DNA of 18,968 bases from Candidatus Thorarchaeota archaeon. GTDB lineage: Archaea; Asgardarchaeota; Thorarchaeia; Thorarchaeales; Thorarchaeaceae. The notes beneath the pieces are model-generated. The model saw only the letters and a program-made list of their open reading frames with translations, made no database searches and was not told the DNA's origin. The first letter of the stretch is position 1. Each line of letters starts with the position of its first letter. This document shows positions 16,428-18,968 of the stretch, piece by piece. The stretch covers positions 29,379 through 48,346 of the forward strand of contig JBHLQM010000008.1 of assembly GCA_048884785.1 (NCBI GenBank). Direction: 5' to 3'. Both the position numbers and the translations under genes were made by a program.

Positions 16428-18008
16428 CTAGAATGTGATTTCATTGGGTAGTGCCAGATCCCGCTGTCGCGATAGAATGAGGAGAGTAAGCTTGGCTGCA
16501 GGTCCTAATCTGGAGTATTCAACAAGGAAAGTTTTGAAAGCTTCTGTTCTGGTTCGATTTACATGTTCAATTGGCAATCCATCAACTAGAGGAATTCCAG
16601 ATAGGCCACTAATTCCAACGATGATTTCGGATCCATAAATGGATTGTCCACGAGCTACAAGCGCATGAACCAAATCCTCTAGTACACTATTCCCAATTTT
16701 CTCAAGTGGGTATGTTCTATCCATCTCGCCACGAGGCCAGTTTTCAGAAACTAATTGTTCCAACCAGTAGGCGAACTCCTCTGTTCCGGTGAGATCATAC
16801 GAGGTGTAACGATTCAAAATGCTCTCAGACAATATTTTTGTCAAAATGTTAATGAATTCATTCAGCCTCTTTCGGTCAATGGTATTTGCGAATTGTGCGA
16901 GTATTTTCATCCACTCGCCATACATCAATACCAATCTTTTGGGATCAATACCGTCAAGCATCTTGAAGTCGAAATCGACACTCCAGCTATCATCCTTGAG
17001 ATGAAGCTGCCCCAGAGTTTCAGGCGCCTTTATTCGTTTCATTACTGCCCTGAGTGCACTAGCTACTTCTTTGACTCCATAGACTTCCTCAGCACTTCTC
17101 AAGGCGGCTTCCAGAAGCTCCTTTGCCAGAAGTATGCGTCTCTTCTCAGGTGTGAGTGCTTCGATAACCTCCATCTCAAGCAGATAATCGAGCGCTCGTA
17201 GGACTTCCCGTTCATCATACTGTCCACTGAGTTCAGAAAGAATATCTTGTACGGTTCTTCTCCCATCTATAAGCCCTGCAAGACGAGGAACTATACCGAC
17301 TATCTCGGGATGCAGGTTCTTCAGGTTCTTTGTTTCAGAGGAGCCTGCTTGTATATATCTGACGAATCTTGCCCTTGCACTCAGGAAGTCCTTGAAGCTC
17401 AGCATATTGCGAAAACGGATAACTCTCTGAGCCCAGAGTCTTGACAATTCGAGAATAATCGACTCAACAGATGCGCCGCTTAAATCACGAATCTCCTTCA
17501 CACTACGAGAACCTGTTATGAAAGGTAGTATTGAGCTGGAGGTGTCTGGAACTGTATCCGGTTTAATTGTGAAGTATGGTACCCATGAATCTGGAAGTTC
17601 TTGAAAAGATAACTTTTGCATCACAACCTCGCCAAATGCTTCTACGTATACATCGGTAAACGATTCATCAAAATCATAGACCTCAGTTGCCTGAAGCCAT
17701 TCTAACTCGAATTCCCCCAATAGAGAATCGAGCTTCTCAGTGGTTTCTTCGCTAAGCTTTTGAAAACATACTGCAACGAGGTTTGTTTGAACACCATGAA
17801 TGATGGTGAAGATTCTCTGCCCATAATCTAGCTGGATGACCGGAGTATCTTGCTCAAAAATCTGGTGAGAGAACATATCAATTGCAGCGAAAAAGCTTGA
17901 ACCCAGGACAGGGTCCATTCCAAAAGCCCGAGAATCGAGCTGCATATAGAATCTAGGGCGTCCACTCTTATCGATAATTAGAAGTGCCTCAATAGAATGT
18001 CCTGTCAA
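16428..18008 (-). CDS. Longin-domain plus tandem winged-helix protein, NPRL2/Npr2 (GATOR1)-like, with a C-terminal helical extension
   Basis: aa 1-135 show a longin pattern (LLIIDKSGRPRFY, DPVLGSSFFAAIDMFSHQIF, IQLDYGQRIFTIIHG, NLVAVC, then a helix). aa ~137-285 contain two WH-like repeats (ILPFITGSRSVKEI...LSRLWAQRVI and LAGLIDGRRTVQDI...ALDYLLEMEVI). TTG start with AGGATGA SD. The confidence reflects the family call, made by eye. Confidence 0.72.
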   Translation of the reverse strand: MTGHSIEALLIIDKSGRPRFYMQLDSRAFGMDPVLGSSFFAAIDMFSHQIFEQDTPVIQLDYGQRIFTIIHGVQTNLVAVCFQKLSEETTEKLDSLLGEFELEWLQATEVYDFDESFTDVYVEAFGEVVMQKLSFQELPDSWVPYFTIKPDTVPDTSSSILPFITGSRSVKEIRDLSGASVESIILELSRLWAQRVIRFRNMLSFKDFLSARARFVRYIQAGSSETKNLKNLHPEIVGIVPRLAGLIDGRRTVQDILSELSGQYDEREVLRALDYLLEMEVIEALTPEKRRILLAKELLEAALRSAEEVYGVKEVASALRAVMKRIKAPETLGQLHLKDDSWSVDFDFKMLDGIDPKRLVLMYGEWMKILAQFANTIDRKRLNEFINILTKILSESILNRYTSYDLTGTEEFAYWLEQLVSENWPRGEMDRTYPLEKIGNSVLEDLVHALVARGQSIYGSEIIVGISGLSGIPLVDGLPIEHVNRTRTEAFKTFLVEYSRLGPAAKLTLLILSRQRDLALPNEITF

Positions 18009-18106
18009 ACTAATTCATCCTAGTCTATTTTACGCCTCATAATACCATATCAGCATTCTTTATTGAATCCTTTTCTGATTTCTTACGGCGGATTGATTCC
18101 AGTTGA

Positions 18107-18622
18107 CTATCCATGAACAGCTTTGTGTTTCTTGCTTAGATCTATGTAGAGTTCAGCATTCATTTTGAATCCTTCTCTCATCTCAGGAGTAAGTTCTTTC
18201 ACAACTTTTCCAGGGATGCCAAGGACCAGTGAATGGGGAGGTATAACCGCCCGCTCTGTGACCACTGACCCAGCTCCAATTACACTACCTGCTCCAATCT
18301 TCGCACCTGAAAGAATAATTGATCCAATGCCCACGACCACATTATCTTCTATGGTTGCACCGTGAATCACACAATTATGACCAGCAGTGACATTATCACC
18401 AATCACAGTGGGATTCATGAATTCGCAATGAACAGTCGCATTGTCTTGGATAGACGAACCACGGCCAATGCGGATGGAGTTGAAATCTGCACGGATGACA
18501 GTGAATTCCCAGACACTACTATCCTCACCAATCTCGACATCGCCAATCACAGATGAACGAGGGGAAATGTATGCGTCAGGGTGTACTTTGGGTGTTTTTC
18601 CTTCAAATTCATATAGTCCCAT
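18107..18622 (-). CDS. Gamma-class carbonic anhydrase family protein (YrdA/CaiE/PaaY-like left-handed beta-helix)
   Basis: Hexapeptide repeats, VIGDV, IRAD, IQDNATVH and GHNCVIHGA (three Zn-ligand His positions), and GIPGK. Confidence 0.92.
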   Translation of the reverse strand: MGLYEFEGKTPKVHPDAYISPRSSVIGDVEIGEDSSVWEFTVIRADFNSIRIGRGSSIQDNATVHCEFMNPTVIGDNVTAGHNCVIHGATIEDNVVVGIGSIILSGAKIGAGSVIGAGSVVTERAVIPPHSLVLGIPGKVVKELTPEMREGFKMNAELYIDLSKKHKAVHG

Positions 18623-18714
18623 TCTGAGAACACCTGCCAGCGTTGTAGCTCATTCCTCTTTTAGGAATATTGAAACAACAGATTTTCATATGATAGCACC
18701 ATTGTCACAGCTCA

Positions 18715-18968
18715 ATGCCATTCACATTATTCCATTATCCATTCGGATACTGGATTTCAAAATTAGATAGACGCCTTATCATGCCTGCCCTTCTTGTAGG
18801 GTCCGTAGTTCCTGACATTGAGGTTCCAATACTCTTTCTTTTCTTTGCTGGAATTGTACCAGATCACTTTGTCCTTCATAGTTTGATTGGTCTTTGTTCA
18901 CTTGGACTTTTTCTGGCAATTCTAGCAACAAGATATGCGTATCCTTGGCTTATAGCTTCTATATTCAA
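18715..18968 (+). CDS. DUF4184-like membrane protein, N-terminal part (3'-truncated by the window edge; absent from the ORF track)
   Basis: ATG 18715 opens a frame running off the window: MPFTLFHYPFGYWISKLDRRLIMPALLVGSVVPDIEVPILFLFFAGIVPDHFVLHSLIGLCSLG... The MPFT..H, GS..PD and HS motifs are characteristic of DUF4184/YdjM-like membrane metal-dependent hydrolase folds. Confidence 0.8.
   Translation, partial: MPFTLFHYPFGYWISKLDRRLIMPALLVGSVVPDIEVPILFLFFAGIVPDHFVLHSLIGLCSLGLFLAILATRYAYPWLIASIF

Noticed and set aside
1-18968. tRNA/rRNA genes, CRISPR arrays, IS elements, integrases
   Set aside because: No cloverleaf, spaced direct repeats, terminal inverted repeats or transposase/integrase motifs were seen, and intergenic gaps are at most about 230 bp.

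Overview
Gene-dense archaeal window, most likely from an Asgard archaeon (Thorarchaeia-like). This is inferred from a Rab-like small GTPase without a prenylation tail, a longin-domain protein, GGTG-type Shine-Dalgarno (SD) motifs and an archaeal-type split 2-oxoacid:ferredoxin oxidoreductase. From left to right it contains: a partial hypothetical ORF; a B12-binding radical SAM enzyme convergent with a class I SAM methyltransferase; a GNAT-TPR fusion; 2-oxoacid:ferredoxin oxidoreductase beta and gamma subunits without alpha; a 2-hydroxyacyl-CoA dehydratase operon (beta, alpha, activase) divergent from two paralogous acyl-CoA ligases that flank a HemN/MenK-like radical SAM gene; a DUF998-like membrane protein; a YbjT-like SDR; a Rab-like GTPase; a longin/winged-helix protein; a gamma-carbonic anhydrase family protein; and a partial DUF4184-like membrane protein missed by the ORF track. 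The top finding is the 526-aa protein (16428-18008), whose longin plus two winged-helix architecture aligns by eye with eukaryotic NPRL2/Npr2 (GATOR1). It lies directly upstream of, and co-oriented with, a Rab-like GTPase with an atypical G3 motif (DMGSQ), making a candidate proto-GATOR/GTPase signalling module. Several genes appear to use non-AUG starts, including probable CTG and ATA starts that extend the supplied ORFs. No RNA genes, CRISPR arrays or mobile elements were seen. All family assignments come from motif recognition without database searches.
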